DNA of 64,000 bases from Lepidodermella squamata (taxonomy: Eukaryota > Animalia > Gastrotricha), in assembly GCA_047495785.1 (NCBI GenBank), contig JBLDXI010000021.1:1798001-1862000 (forward strand), in the 5' to 3' direction. A model generated the notes under the pieces. That model saw only the letters and a list, made by a program, of their open reading frames with translations. It had not been told where the DNA came from and did no database searches. How positions within the stretch are numbered: the first letter of the stretch is position 1; each line of letters opens with the position of its first letter. Made by a program: the position numbers and the translations under genes. Positions 46,190 through 61,000 of the stretch are shown here, one piece after another.

Positions 46190-48364
46190 AATTACAATAA
46201 AAACACAACAACTACAAAAGGCATGATAAAAAGGATAAATATTCCAACATTTATAAATAGGAAACAGCTTGACAATAGGTAAGTTTTCCTCTTTGAATAG
46301 TCGCTTAAATCAGGTAATTATTAGGCGAACGATCTCCTTTCCTACAACATAAGATTTGACTAGAAGTTAGCTGGGCTGATAAATCAATTGTTTCCTAAAT
46401 CGAGACCTTCCATCCACAGAACTTAACCCTTCTAATGTGTACCACCAATTTGGGATATTGGACGCTCGAATCGACTCGATGTTTTCCTATCGAACATTCG
46501 ATGATAATCACCAACTGAATTAGTCATGGGTTTGACAGATGAAATACATTTTCAGTCGCTCGACACGACGTTGATCAAATTCGAAATTTGCAATAACCAA
46601 TAGGTAATAAGTACGGTAACCTTACTTTCCAGAACAAGTAGCAGCGCAATCATAAAAATATCAATGTACATTCAATCAATGTACACGCTCATTACGTGGG
46701 CTAGAGTGACGACGGAGTGTCCAGTGCAACGTGCAACATATATGGTCCACTTTACACCGACACTTATGGCTCAATAGCTAGTAACGACACGTAAAAATGA
46801 AAATTCAGCCATCTAAAAGCAAAATGGACGCAGGAATTAAACAGATAGAGAACTCAGCAATTGAGATGTGCCGTATCCCAAACAAAAAATTTCTCGAGCA
46901 AAACATCGCCCAAGGCTAGACCATTCCCTAGGTAACCTCGAACCTCGACACCGCATGGAATATCAGTTGAAGTCTTTAATGTCACATCTCAATTTCACGC
47001 TTTAAGTCGCAAGTCACAGATGTGCCCGAGCCATGGAGCACCTTGAAAACCAAGGACGAGGAAGATGCCCCCACAACCCACAATTGTGTCATCTCACCCA
47101 ACATATAATAAATATCCTAACAAAATAATATCGGTAATCGGTACTCTAGCACTATTGGTACGGGTTAACTTCAAGGAAACCGGAGTGCAAACCTGAGTCT
47201 AACATGAACCCATCCTATCCTAAATCCTAACCCTTACCATATTTCATCGGATCAAAACTTTAACCCATAGAAAGAGAGCTCTAATTTCTACTTGGAGGGA
47301 TGGACAATCTACCTTTGACAGTCACTAAGAGCCCGGCATACTTCAAGACTACAGACTGGTTTCCATAGCTAAGGACATTTCCTCTGTCGACGTTTGAAAA
47401 CAGAGAACATTGGCGGGCTGCTTGAAAACCGCAAACTGAATGCTGCCACGTGGGCACAATCACCTGATTAAATGATAATTATTAAATTTATACTTTTATT
47501 ACCCATATAAATGATAATAGAGAATATGTAAATTTATAAATTTGAATTATTTCGAAAGTGCGGGCTTTTTTTGCTTCGAGCTGCTTCGAAAACGCAAAAA
47601 CTAGCTTTTTGGTTCCTTTGTTGTTTGTTTGTTATTGGCGGATGGCGGATTTTATATGGAGCGTGACGTGATGCATTATGCGAAATGATGATATCAAGCA
47701 ATCTCGTTGAAATTAGAATTCCATTCGGTTTCATATATCTGAATCGGCCTTTTTTAGCTAATCCGGCCTGATACCAACCTTTTTGAGTTTAAATAAGTAT
47801 GTATTTTTTATCCCGTCCATCGGTTGTCGGTTACCTGTTTTCCGCTTGAAGCAAAGTCGTCATCGCGTAGTCATTACCACTTTGCGTTGAATTGTAAATC
47901 GAAGTTGCTGCTTTGAGATATACTATATACTAGTAAGGCAACATGCAGCCTCCAGTTTTCCATCCTCTGATGTTGGGACCTCGAAGGGCAGTCTAAAAAA
48001 CATGGGTGCTCCTGTCTTACGCTGCTTTCGATTAGCCACGCAACTGTTTGTATTTGAGAAAATTAACTTCAGGTTATCCTTGGTGGAAGCGTCCTCAGTT
48101 TTATTTCTTCGTTTCGTGGATATGAGACAATAGCAGTCATAAATAATTCTGTCGTTTTGTCTCTTTTGAAGTTAGCGGGCCTGGTAGATAGTGGGCCATT
48201 TATATTTGAAAACAATTTGACTACTTTCAATCGGGTTGGGAGCAATATTATGGTTAGGCCTAGTAAATATGGTTAGGGTTAGAGGCCGAAATAAAAAATG
48301 GCCCGCTTTTGCATGTCCCACAAAATTCAGATACGTTAGAAGAACTTGAAATTCTGTGAGTGAT

Positions 48365-48374
48365 AAGATGGCGG
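48365..48374 (+). promoter_or_regulatory. YY1-type motif AAGATGGCGG about 100 bp upstream of the LMAN2 ATG
   Basis: Match to the YY1 consensus near a housekeeping-gene start. Confidence 0.35.
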
Positions 48375-48472
48375 TTGCGATGTTGTGGGGCTTAATTATC
48401 TTGAAATTCTAAAATAATTTAACCTGGAGATTATATTATTTATGCATCTTTTGTATAGAAGTTTAAATTGAC

Positions 48473-49795
48473 ATGAGCTTGTCTTTGCGATCGTTTCTCT
48501 CTGTTATCGCCATATTTAGCATTTCCAATGCGGAAATTGACCCGAAGGACTTTCTTAGGAGAGAGCACTCTCTAGTCAAGCCATATATGGGTAAATTGAT
48601 TCATCGACATCACATTCTTGCCTGATAATGCGGCTTCTTTTTCAGATAACCTATGGGATATTGTCGGAAACGCTATGATCACGAACAACTTTGTCCGCTT
48701 AACTCCAGCCGATCGTAGCAAACAGGGCGCAGTCTGGAATAAAATTGTGAGTTATTCGCAGTGATATGCTCAATTTCTGTTGACTCGAAAATATCACACT
48801 CCTTCCACTCTCCAGCCCGTCTTCGTTACTGACTGGGAAATGCACGTGCATTTCAAGATTCACGGCACGAAAGGTTCTCTGTTTGGCGACGGTATTGCGA
48901 TTTGGTACGCGAAAGACCGGATGAACTTGGGCCCCGTGTTCGGCAGCATAGATGCGTTCAAAGGCTTGGCTATCTTTTTGGACACATACAGCAATCACAA
49001 TGGACCTCATCATGTAATTTGAAAATCACTCTGTGAACTTCTTCAACAGAATTGTTACCGTTAATAGCATAGCCATCCTTATATCAGCGCGATGGTGAAC
49101 AATGGAACGCTTCATTACGATCACGACACCGATGGCACCCATACTCAAATTGCTGGTTGCGAGTCGAATTTCCGAGATTTGAAGCAGGAAACCTACGTCG
49201 CCATCCGCTACGCCGGAAATTCTCTTACAGTTCGTCTTGAAGTAGATACACGCTTGTAACATGCTAATATTTTCTCAACGCAGGTGTCTACTGATATTGA
49301 AGGAAAGGGCACATGGAAGCGCTGCTTCAAGGTCGATGGAGTAGTATTGCCAACAGGCTATTATGTTGGTGCCTCAGCCGCCACGGGGGATCTCTTCGAT
49401 TTCCATGACATCCTATCAATCAAATTCTACGAACTCGACGTACCAGAAAAAGTTTGTTTGAAGTTTTCATTCAACTGGAGTATTTACATAATTCTTTGAA
49501 TGTTGAAGAAAGCCGGCAACGTAGACTATTCGAAGTTGGAACCTTCTGCAGCACTAGCTGAGCCGCCAAGAGGTATTCCTTTCATTGACCTTCGGGTGTG
49601 TACGTGTTAACTTGTTAACCTTTTTCAGAGCACGTTGAAGACAAGCCCTCGTTTTCTCAGAAATACCTACACGGCTGGCGACTGGTGATGCTAATTCTGC
49701 TAATTCTTGTAGGACTCGGTGTCTGTGGTGGCGTTTTCTATTATATGTATCAGCAACGCGAAGGTGGACTCGGAGCAAGGAAAAGATTTTATTAA
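48473..49795 (+). CDS. LMAN2: L-type lectin VIP36/VIPL (LMAN2/LMAN2L), multi-exon
   Basis: Signal peptide; FLRREHSLVKPY, VRLTPADRSKQGAVWN, DWEMHVHFKIHG, GDGIAIWY, IFLDTYSN, HYDHDTDG, LPTGYYVGASAATGDL; TM; C-terminal RKRFY. Confidence 0.93.
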
Positions 49796-52700
49796 TTATT
49801 TTTGCTATAACTCTCGATATGTATATGAACTGCTGTCATTGCATGAAAGCCGGAGGTTGTTACGTTGTTCGATGTGAATATTTGAATGCTGTTATAGGGA
49901 TAGGGATACTGTTCCGGTGCCTCGCAGCTTCCTCAAAACCGTAAGGCATCTTCTCGGCCAAATTCTTACGAGTCTCTTTCTCATTCGCATTTGGCTGCTG
50001 TAAATTTAGATATTCTTATATGACTGAGAATGAACGTTCGTCTTCCGTGTTCGCCTGATATAATCTTGTCGACAAATATCTATTTAAATTTCACTGTAAC
50101 AAATGTGCATTTCTCGCCGTGCTATTTGTTTTAAAAAGAAGACCGAATGATGTTAACATGATAAAATACTATGTCTTTGCTGACTTGTTTTTGCTGATGC
50201 GCTGTCAAATTATGGGCAATATCGAATAAACCAGTGGGTTCGGATGTTAATTGTATTCTTTATTCTGAATTTTCCATTTGTTTATTCAAACCGATGGAGG
50301 TACGTCATGCCGAACTGTCGAATTATTGACCAGTCTAGACCTAATCGGCCGATCCTGTATTGTAGTGCGGGTTTTATTTACGCTTTTTAGTTCTCTGCTC
50401 GCAATATTTTAATATATCACCCAAGGGCTCTCGCAGAAAGCGTATATATTTCCAGTGACCGCAGAGCAAAATGTTTGTCCCTCTTGAAATGAAACGAAAA
50501 AATCTGGCGTTTACTTTCATATTAAATTAACAACTCACTACGGTGAGTGCGTAAAAAGTGATATGATAGCTGCCCCATGATATATGGCTTGATTTCAGTC
50601 CGCTTGACGGCCGTGATTCTGAAAACACACTGGCGTGACTAGTTTTCTCGCAACGGCAATATATTATATAAGTAAATGGCGATGGTCGGGTGAAAGCATT
50701 GCGGCATTTATGTTCAAAAATCACGCTTCAACTTTCACCTGCACCATGTGTCTATATCCCACCGGCTGTATCGATGAAAGGCTGTTTCCGACGCTCGTGG
50801 CTCATAGAAATTTCAACTTTGTCGCAAAACAGTTGAAAACAACACATTTTCTTCATTATATACGCAACTATATACATTGCGAAACATCGGGCTATGAAAA
50901 TCCGCTTCAGGAAGCGAATCGCCATTGTCAATTATAGCCACCTTCCGACTCTCGCAGGAATTCGCACATGCGAGCGCTAAATAAAAACAGTTCGTAAAAT
51001 AATAGCAGCGATCGAAAATGCAAGAGGTGCATGCATGCGCTAATATTTGTTATTCGCTTAGAAATAAAGCGCTTCCTGAATGGTCATCGCCATCGCTCTC
51101 ACCATCGCGCATTATATCAAACCGGTATATATGATTGTATTGAATTGATATTTTTTTGATCTAAAGCACTAAATTTTGACACCTATGCACCAAAACCCAA
51201 CCATCATGTCAATCATGAAATTCCGAGGTAACCGCTTGTATTCGGTGAAATTATTTTCTCACACGCCCATTACAGAAATAATTGCGCATTTCATCGGTCA
51301 CATCTATATAGTCTCATCGCTCTTAAAATAACATTTGCTATAACTGACTCGTTTTGGATCCATCACAAGTTTATTGTCATTCAATGAGAATCTCTTAGGC
51401 CGATGTCTTGCGATTCTGTGCTGATGAATGATGAATGTATAGCATTGACTTTGATGAGGATAAAACATAATAATTTTTATATGCATTCGACAAATTCATC
51501 GGCCGGTCTAATGATGAAAATGTGCATATAATAGTATAAATAGTCATGCCACCCTCGCGGAGCTACTTTGCTCTTGAAAACGCCACAAGCTCACGCACAT
51601 TCTGCGATGCTGGGTTCGAAATAAAACGCGATGATGGCCAAATAGTTTTCGCGTGTCATTGCGGCATATGTTAATATTAGGGTTATATTTCGAAACACTA
51701 ATGCAGGCATAATGAAAAGGCTCATCTATATCGCTTATCTTAGTCGTCGCCTGATGTGTTTCGGAGAAAACGCCATCTTTTCCCCTGTAATCGCAATTTT
51801 TGCCGCAAAGCTCACCCGAAAATAATTGCAAATGATAACTCTGAAACGGATGTCATTCTGCAGAACAGCAATAAAATATATGGTTAATCGATCAGTTATT
51901 GTCTTATAGATTGAATGATAACAATGTAAAATTGTATGCAGCTCATCTCTTTAGAATAATCTATGAGATAACTTCTTCGTTTTTTTCAACATGCGCTATA
52001 TATTTGTGGCCGAGAAAAAAATCCGGAAGTAATCAGCCGGGTTTCGCGTTTTTCTTTCGTCTCCTTCTCGCACATGATGCGACTTGTCAATGAACATAAT
52101 GCAACGATTATAATATTAGGCTCCAAAGACTGCGGGGTTTCTGCTGATTCAGCTGTTTTTTTCAGAGCTCATCCTCATCGAATTTTTTTCTTATGTCCTT
52201 TCCTTATGCCCTATTTTGCAATTTATGCAAGGACAGGAACCGGGTATGGAATACTCTAACGCACTATTTATTTTTATTATTTCACAATTTACACACTTTT
52301 ATTTCAGCAATGCGTTATATTAACAGAGGCTAAAATCTGGATTAATACTCCTGTGCCTTTTCCGCTCGCTAAGGCAAAATCGGGTCAAGTTGAGCTGGGT
52401 CTGTTCTTTTTACTCGCTTCTCACTAGGACTGTCTGTAGGTAACCCCCTCAAGAAAATTTCTGACTGTTTAAAATAAGTCACGCGAAAATATATAAGAAA
52501 ATTAGTTTGCGGATGTGACACTGTCCGTTAAGGTGGTGTGAGTTTTATTCAGTTGCTGTAGCATTATTTCCAATTTTCAAGTAAAAAAGGACAATTAATT
52601 TGATTTTCAAAAGCAAACCCTTGATCGATGGGTTTGAAAGTAGATTATTATGAACAATTAGATTTAAAGTGAATCTCATTACAATACTTCCGAATGCGCA

Positions 52701-55700
52701 TACCCAGGAGACCAAATAATTATAACTTCGTTAACATGCTACCGAGCTTTTCATGCACTGATCATGTCACCAGAGAGCTTGTCCGATTGTTTCAAATTCA
52801 ATATCAGGAAAGTATTCAGAATATATTTCCGCCGCTTCCTCATTAAAAAGCTTCCTTCATTTTCAATGGTCATAATTTTCTTTTACGATTTTTATGAACT
52901 ATAAATATTACGAAATCTATACCAATTCGAACGAAATTTTATATGCACATGGGATGAACTTTTAGAAAATAGGAATAGCTGTAACTGGTCTGGGGAAAGC
53001 TTTGAATGCATTTTTGCCATCGATCACTAGCTCTTCTTAGTTCTTCATCACCTTGCTCATCATACCTCAAGCATTTTCATTAACGCCCGAAACGAAAATA
53101 GGTGAACATGACTTAAATTAGGGGCTGAACGTTAATCGTAAATGATCTTCCAAGTATAACCCATAAATTTTCGACTTCTGCGTTCTTAGGTTTAATCATA
53201 TTCTAACCATATCCTTTACCATCACGGCCTACTCCGTGTCAAATAAACTTCGAAAATGACGTTGCATAATCGTATACTTTTGCTAAAATTTGCCGAGCTA
53301 CGCGTTTGATTAAAACATAGAATTTGGCGAACAGCAAGCAGTAATGAACTAACCTTATTAGCGCAAATGTCATTTTAAAGCACATATTAGTTTATGATTC
53401 GAAACCAACTTTGGCGTTGGAGTATAATATGCGGTGCTCGTGTTAATTTTCGACCTAATTCTTCAATCGTCATTTTGGCGCCTTATGCCTTCTATTCTAC
53501 CGTGTGCGCCTTCGAGGACGACCACTGATAGCCAGGCGAAAATTACAACGTTGCCGAGACAAAGGGCGCAGTGGCAACCTACAATTTTACGTTCGTGTCA
53601 GACACGTTTTCGAATCGCGGCCAGGCTCGCCACTAGGGCAGTCGTTCTCGATACCAGAGGCCTGATGGTTGCTTGCGCGCGCGCGGTCTTAATTGGCGAA
53701 ATCGGTCAGCCAGCATCCATAGCATAGCTATTATTATCGCTGTCGTGCTTCCTGAACGCTGGTTGCAAACGAACGCCCGACGGTGTTTAATGATGTCGCA
53801 GTCGCAAGCCATCTTCATCAAATACTGCTGTATATCGCAGAAAATAGAGAGCACACACGCGCACGCGCAAGCGGGACGCGATGATCGGCAACGAAATGCG
53901 CGCATGTATGCTCAGCAGCTCGGCTACATTTATATCGACTGGGCGTATAAGTAGTCATTTTGGCTGCTTCTTATTAATAAAATCGCCATTGATTACACGA
54001 TGGCGAGCCATCGGACAGTGAGCGCGCAAGATCTTTAACATTTGTTGATCACTTGGCCGAACCTACAATCGAACTAGCCGCTCAACAATGCGCGTACGGG
54101 CGTTAAGTGAATATTTTATGACATTATATTCAGATCACATTCAGTCCTATGATTTTTGCTATTGATATGGTCGAGGCAACGCGCATGCTTCTGTTTGCAT
54201 AGCTTGCTGACTTGTGTACACTCATTATTCCGCTTATTATCATCTCTATTGGTGACACTTGGCGCCAAAACTTCTAGTAGTATATACCGAGGGCGTTTGC
54301 CTCTATAGGTCTGATGGGCAACGAATTCTTTGCTTTCTGCTGTGTCGAATCATTGGGATGATTATTTAGCCGCAGTGCTCCGGCGCCGCTGCCTTGGACG
54401 CGTTTCCTTGATATGATACCCGTCCTCGTCACGTCAGCGCGAAATGCAAGGCGAAATGTGGCAAATGGCAAATTAATATAAGTAATTGACAGTCTGAGCT
54501 ATACCTATCAGAAGCGTGACACAAACAGGCGGGCTGGTGAAAATTTCTGAGCAAATTAGCCCGCGATGTTTTACCCGAGCAGCTGAAGAATCGATCGCCT
54601 GCGCTAGTAGATTTTGTTTATGCTAAACCGTCAGGTATAAAATCTCTTCAAACAACGTTTTTGCTGAGCCTCGGCACTCGATCGTCGCATAATCTAACCC
54701 TATCTATCCACTCTGCTTATAGATGATTATTGCAGCTAACATACCGTCATCATCCAGATTTACCGCCCTAATCGTTAAAGACATGCTCATGATTTACCAG
54801 CAAATAAAAAATGGTGCGCATATACTGAGCGATAGGGATCATTTTCAAGCCCGCGACAGGTAAATACGCCTCATTATGGCCGTCTCATTAAAAATTCACT
54901 GCTCCTGCTTGCCTCTAATTAACTCGCGTTTCCCTCCGGCGGTTATCATCAGGTCATTTCAAGTTTTATGCATATTTCTAGGCGTGCAATGCATTGCAGA
55001 GCCGCCAAATATATTTCGGATGCGTTTTATATACTTTGAACTGAAGCACCTTTTGGCCCGTGCGGCCGTCAAAACAGGATTAGCATATGAATTCGAGGCT
55101 ACTGCCGGTGTTAACCGCTCCCTGACATCATCGCCAAAACAACAACCACCTGAACAAGAGTATCCATTGAAACTGGCTGCACGCGTATTTATGTCAAGCG
55201 AAGCGTTACTGCCGCGTGTGCGCCACCCTTATCGGAGTTGCGTGTCACTAATTTCGTATTGAGATGCCATCTTATTTTTTCCTCATGTGCGAAAAACACT
55301 TTGTATACAGACAACACGCGCGCATTTTTTCCCTCATGTGAGTGGAATCGAATCTTTGGCCGCTGACTCTATTAGTCTGATCAGAGTCCACAGCTATTAG
55401 CCGTTATTTTGCCGTGGCCCATCGTCTTTATTTCTCGAGAATTTCCCGATTGTACTAGTGTTTCCATTGTAGTTGAGTTGCGGCATAAAAAGACCAACGA
55501 GAGAATTAAGCGGGTGCAGAGTCGCCCCTGCTTATAGCGGGTAAAAATATGGATAAAGATTATTATTATTTATTTACTTATACAAAGTTTGTTTGCATTT
55601 CCGCCAGCCTGTCGTATAATATTTTCACAATATTTTATGCATTTTCACTTTTTTAGGTTTGAGCAGCTTTCAATGATATTTTATTTTTCATCACTACATC

Positions 55701-57129
55701 ATTGCCGACAAACTATGTCAACATAAAACCAGAGAGTGTCCTGCTGTGCCATGCCGCTCTTTTGACGGGCGCGCATCTAACATTCGATTAGATCATCATC
55801 ACTCGTTATACGTATAACGCCCATGGTCGCCGAATAAATAATATTATATTATATTATTTTGAGCGCTTGCCACAGCGCTGGCCTTCACTCCGTCATTACT
55901 CCCTTCTTGCGCTATAGCACGTCAGTTTTTTCGCAATATATCCACAGACCGTAAGTATAGACACGCGGCTCGGAAAATCTCCTACCACAAAAACATCATA
56001 TATTTTGTAGAACTAATAATAATAATAATAGTGTATTATTCATAATTTCCACGTGAAATGCCGACAGGGGCGAACTAGCGGCTAAGTTTGCGGTGCAGTG
56101 TAGTCAGCTGTCGCCCATCCAATAGTAATAAGCCATTTCTACCTAGTTTGTACTTGATAACAAGTGATAATGCAATTAAGATTAAAAAGACCGATCGAGT
56201 GCTGCTCGCTGTGATGCGATTGTCCGGCAGCATATCGAAGCGCAGTCCAGCGCAGGAATAGTAGCTTCACTTACTCATCGTTCTACCTGTGCGCGATGCG
56301 GTTTGTTTGTTTTTTGAATTTGTTAGGCAAGCATAACATCGCTCAATCAGCGCGGAGCAGCGTTTCGCGGGATTCTTCGTGCGCTCAAAAGAGCAACAAT
56401 CGATGCGCCTTTTGTTTCTTTAGCGTTCGACTAGATAATCGCCCGATCAAACGTGGCAATAAGCGAGAGCAATGATCCTATTTGTAGTAATCATCGATCA
56501 ATGATTACGCCCGCTTAGAGGTGTTCACTGTGAGGCGGAGCGTTTTGTATATTATCTTTTATTATCTTCGTTTGTTTGTTGCTTTCTATCTCGCCAAGTA
56601 AAACGTGTGTTTTCGAAAACGCCGAATCGGTACCTGAAAATTGACTGCTCTTCCTTACAGCCTAATACTTGCATACGTTCACCGCAAAATTCTCGCCTAC
56701 GCATCCCGAAATTATAATAATAGCAATAATAAACTCCCTTGCTTTCTGGGGTATAAGTATTAGGGTACCTGCACTTTGGCGTGTAAAAGCTGCAATACTC
56801 GTCTATATGCCACGGTGTTACCAATGCTCCACGCCTTCATATTTTCGCCTAGCTTTCGCTCGCGCCCCGCCATGTTGCCAGAATTTTACGCTGGCGGTCT
56901 GGCTTTTGTATCTGCCTCGTAGAAAATGCGCGACTTTTTTGCAATGTGCGCGTTTAATATTTACCATGCAGTTTCACTAGAAATCATCAATGCGCGCTAG
57001 TCTAAAAAAATAGCCTGATTTCCAAATGTATTGTCAGACTGTTTGTGCCGGCTGCACCTGGACTTGGGCAATACATTTTTGGGAATTTTGAGAGATTTTT
57101 TGAGTATTCATTAAATAAATAATATTATA

Positions 57130-58058
57130 CAGTATGGGGCATAAATATTGAGCCGACTTTATTTATTGACAGCGCGGTCATTTCGGCTCCGATTCTCACA
57201 TACCTTATACCGTTGGAAAGCCAATGAAAAATAGTTCATTCCCCTAAACTTTTGCTCATGGGATCCAGACCTAATCCAAGTTATAGAAAATTCAAGAAGT
57301 CGAGCTGGTTGCTCAAAAACACGTAAATTTATTGTATAACTAAGGGAGTTTTGAGCTCCATTGAGCTCTAAAAGGTCCCTATTTCAACTAGGCTAGCTAT
57401 AAAATGACCCAAATACCCATGAATCTGACGGAAAAGGTCATTATCCGCCACATTCTGTGGCAAAAGAGACTTGCGCAAGCATGCTACGGATGACAAGCTT
57501 TAGCTTTTTCACTTGCTTGCGAGCTTGCTACGTGTGTCCGTAGGCTATATTTCATGCCAAAGTCGTCGCATTAACGTTTTGAAGCCGACTTCTAACCCCC
57601 TGAGCGAAAAATGATCCATCTGCCCTTTATCTCTGGACTGGGGTCTCGCTTATTTGGCTAATATTGGGGGTGTGTGCCTATATGGTATACCCTCTCTTTA
57701 TCGCATCATCGTGTCGCAATGGGGCACATATCAATGTCCCAAATCATTGCCAGAGATGCCTGGACCATGCCGGGGTAGTGATGTGTCAATTTTGTAGGGT
57801 TTGGGAGCTTCCAGAGTTTGCCTTTGATATGTACGAAAACTAGAATTTAAATTTTCGAAAGATGGCGATTTTTGTGCGATCAGCTCGACTTCTTAAACTT
57901 TCTATAACTTGGATTAGGTCTGGATCCCATGAGCAAAAGTTTAGGGGAATGAACTATTTTTCATTGGCTTTCCAACGGTATAAGGTATGTGCGAATCGGA
58001 GCCGAAATGACCGCGCTGTCAATAAATAAAGTCGGCTCAATATTTATGCCCCATACTG
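57130..58058. mobile_element. Tc1/mariner-type non-autonomous element with ~180-bp TIRs
   Basis: TA|CAGTATGGGGCATAAATATTGAG ... CTCAATATTTATGCCCCATACTG|TA. Arms 57130-57308 and 57881-58058 differ at only about 3 positions. No internal ORF. Confidence 0.92.
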
Positions 58059-61000
58059 TAGAAGCCTTGCTCATTTGTATTAACATTATAATTTGTTTTT
58101 CGATGATCACTCGTATTGTCTGTTTTTGCGTTTTTATTCTATTGGTTTATTGCGTTGGCGGAGCGAGCGTACAAGCGCGCTCGATTTCACGAACTAAGTG
58201 GGGACAATGTTGTATAATCTGGTGATTTATTAGCGGCATCATCCCTGTCATTGTTCGCCGTCTGGTCGCAGCATTGTTTTTCCAGCTTTCATTAAATGGG
58301 CTAATATTTTGTTTCCTTCGTTTGAATTATTGCTGAATACGATTCATGCGCGTGTGTATTTTAATCGCGAGTGATCTCTTGCCTTCACATTCAACATTTG
58401 TTGCCCCCTGTAAATTTATGAATGTATGCATGTATGTCGGAGAGCTATTGACGGCAACTACGTAGCTTTTGGCTTGGGTCAATTTTAAAATGGACGCGCC
58501 CATAACTAGGCAGGAGCCCTCACGCTTACCTGTACTTGGCAATATTTAGCGGCAGTGTAGTCAAACTTGAAAAAGTGGAAGTACATTCAACTGCGACCAC
58601 GATTTGCGCAAAGAAATGAAAAGAAAGCGTCCCTTTTACGTTTAATCGCAACTGCAAACAGGATGGTGGCTTTTGGCATTCATTATACACACCGCGTATT
58701 GGCGAAATCGCTAATGGAAGTGAACACACTCGCGTCCAATCGATGCGCTCGCGCAGCATCGGCGCGTTATCATGAGCTGCCGTAGATCGACAGTCACCCC
58801 CCGACAACCGTACATTATTGTTATTGGTTGTTATTGGCGTATGTAATCTTTTAACTTCGACCAAACTTAACATTTTCATTACCCGCGCTACCTATATACA
58901 TGTACTAATCATGCGACTTCACCCATGTTTTCGTTAATAATTGCGCCGATTATTCAATGAACATCGCCAACACTACCCATTCGTCGTCGCCATATTGGCA
59001 GCAACATGTGTCGTTTATTTGAATTATTCACCGCGCCTATCTCACAGGTATGCAGCAAACCGAATTTTACTGACCGGTTTTGCCCACGCTTGACCGCAAT
59101 TATGACTGAGATTTCGGCTAAAAGGCATCCGTTATTATATGAGACCGGCTGCAGAAGATCAGCTACTGTTTCATGTTAAAGTTGTTTGGGCGCGTGTCTT
59201 CTCTGTTGATAGAGCAGCGATGAGCGCGACACGCCGGCAACATATCAACCTCACGTCAAGTGACAGGCTGCATCATCATCTCGGGATGACCATATAGCCA
59301 TCTTGTATAGTTTCACGATCTCAGCTTCCCGTCTTTCCAACTTCTTATATGTTTCTAATCCGCGCCGAGAGACGACAGCGCTGTTTTCTACTCAGAGTTG
59401 TAAACTCAGCTGTCTGTTTTGCCGCTGCCCTAGCGTCGGATGTTTCTGGTGGTTGGTTTTGCGGCGCCCAAATAAGTATCCCTAACTATACCTAATAATA
59501 ATATAAGTGGGGATGAGATAATAACTATAATAATGCGGCAACTATGATGTGAATTAGCAGTACTTTTATTTTCTATGATGCTTGCTAAAGCATTGCATCT
59601 TCTTCTTTTCGCCACTCCAAAATATGTCAACCGTTTACAGGGCTGCTTTTCTGTTGGCGGCGATGTGCGGAAGTACTGCCGGTCATTTCATTATGTTGTT
59701 TCTCTTTTCGACTGCCCACTGTTATAACCAAATAACACTCGTAAGGCACAACTGCGACAACTAAATATACAAGACCTAGCGAGCGAACAAGGATGAGCAC
59801 ATTTGGTATTTGGCGCCGTGATGGTGTTCGGCGTGCTTGCCGCCATCAGTAGTCAGTCGTCACAGGCGCTAGTGTCCAAGCAGCCTTATTATGTTCTTTA
59901 CTCGATCTTGTCAGTTATAAGATCATAGAGTCATTGTTTGCTTTCTTGTTCGTTGCTCTATTATCGCTAGATGGCCAATAATATTATTGTTATTTCTTGT
60001 TAATATTGCGCTCGCGCACGCCTATAATATACTAGTCTTGTTATTGCGATATGAACAGTCTGAAAAATAAGCCGTCGCACCGGCGGCGCACGGCGCTTGA
60101 CAGGTCGCTTGAAAAACGCCATCGACGGCGGTTTATTTGGTCCGGACTTTTAACACAGCCACGCAAGGTAAAAACATCGCCGCGCCCTGCACATCACGTA
60201 CACGCGCGTTCATAAAAAGACGGCGCTGAACCCTCAAGGCATCAGCCATGTTATTGTTATTATTGTTCTCGCCGGGCCGTTTCATACACTTATAAACAAG
60301 CTACTAACCACAGTGATAATAAGACATTGTGCCGTCCGAAGCGCTGTTTTAGTCCAAGTAATAGGCAACGCTAGCGAGACAGGTAGGACTTCCCAAATTG
60401 CGTATTACGCGTATGCGTTGTCACTTGAGCTTACTCTCCTACTCATCGGCGACTGACAATGTTCGTCTCTGGCATGTTACCACAACAGTCGTTCTTTGCC
60501 CTGCGCGTATCGGGAATTCTTACCTCATATATATACAAAACATACCGCTCGTGTCCCTTATATATGGGTGCTTACCGACGGTTTCTCGCCGAAACCAAAG
60601 TGATCTGAAGAACTGTGTTAATCTGCATATGTAAAGCCGTCCATAGCTGAATGAAATAACAGACCAGACGTTACTGGAGTTATATACTCACATGCCACAT
60701 ATTGCCTCATCACCGGATAGACCATCATCAAGGCAGTTATACCCACCTTTAACCGCTTTATGTAAGAGTCGTCGAGGTGGGGGCCACTACCAGCGAGGCT
60801 ACCAGTTGTGTAAACATAGCGCGGTGTTGTAAGTGACAGAAATTGTTCAGAGATCGCATGTTTGTCAACGGTCATTGTTCATATTTTGCCTTTTTATAGG
60901 TATATTATTTTAAGGCTTACATTCAGCTATACAGCATTCAAGTTACTCGTGCCTTGAACAACTATATTATGCTCTATCGTCTACTGACAGATACCTGACG

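Noticed and set aside
47140-48330. CCTAAC/GGTTAG telomere-like words and short degenerate inverted repeats
   Set aside because: Not a tandem telomeric array; probably decayed DNA-transposon fragments with undefinable ends.
56090-56115. TGCAGTGTAGTCAGCTG resembling miR-34
   Set aside because: The seed differs and there is no convincing precursor hairpin.
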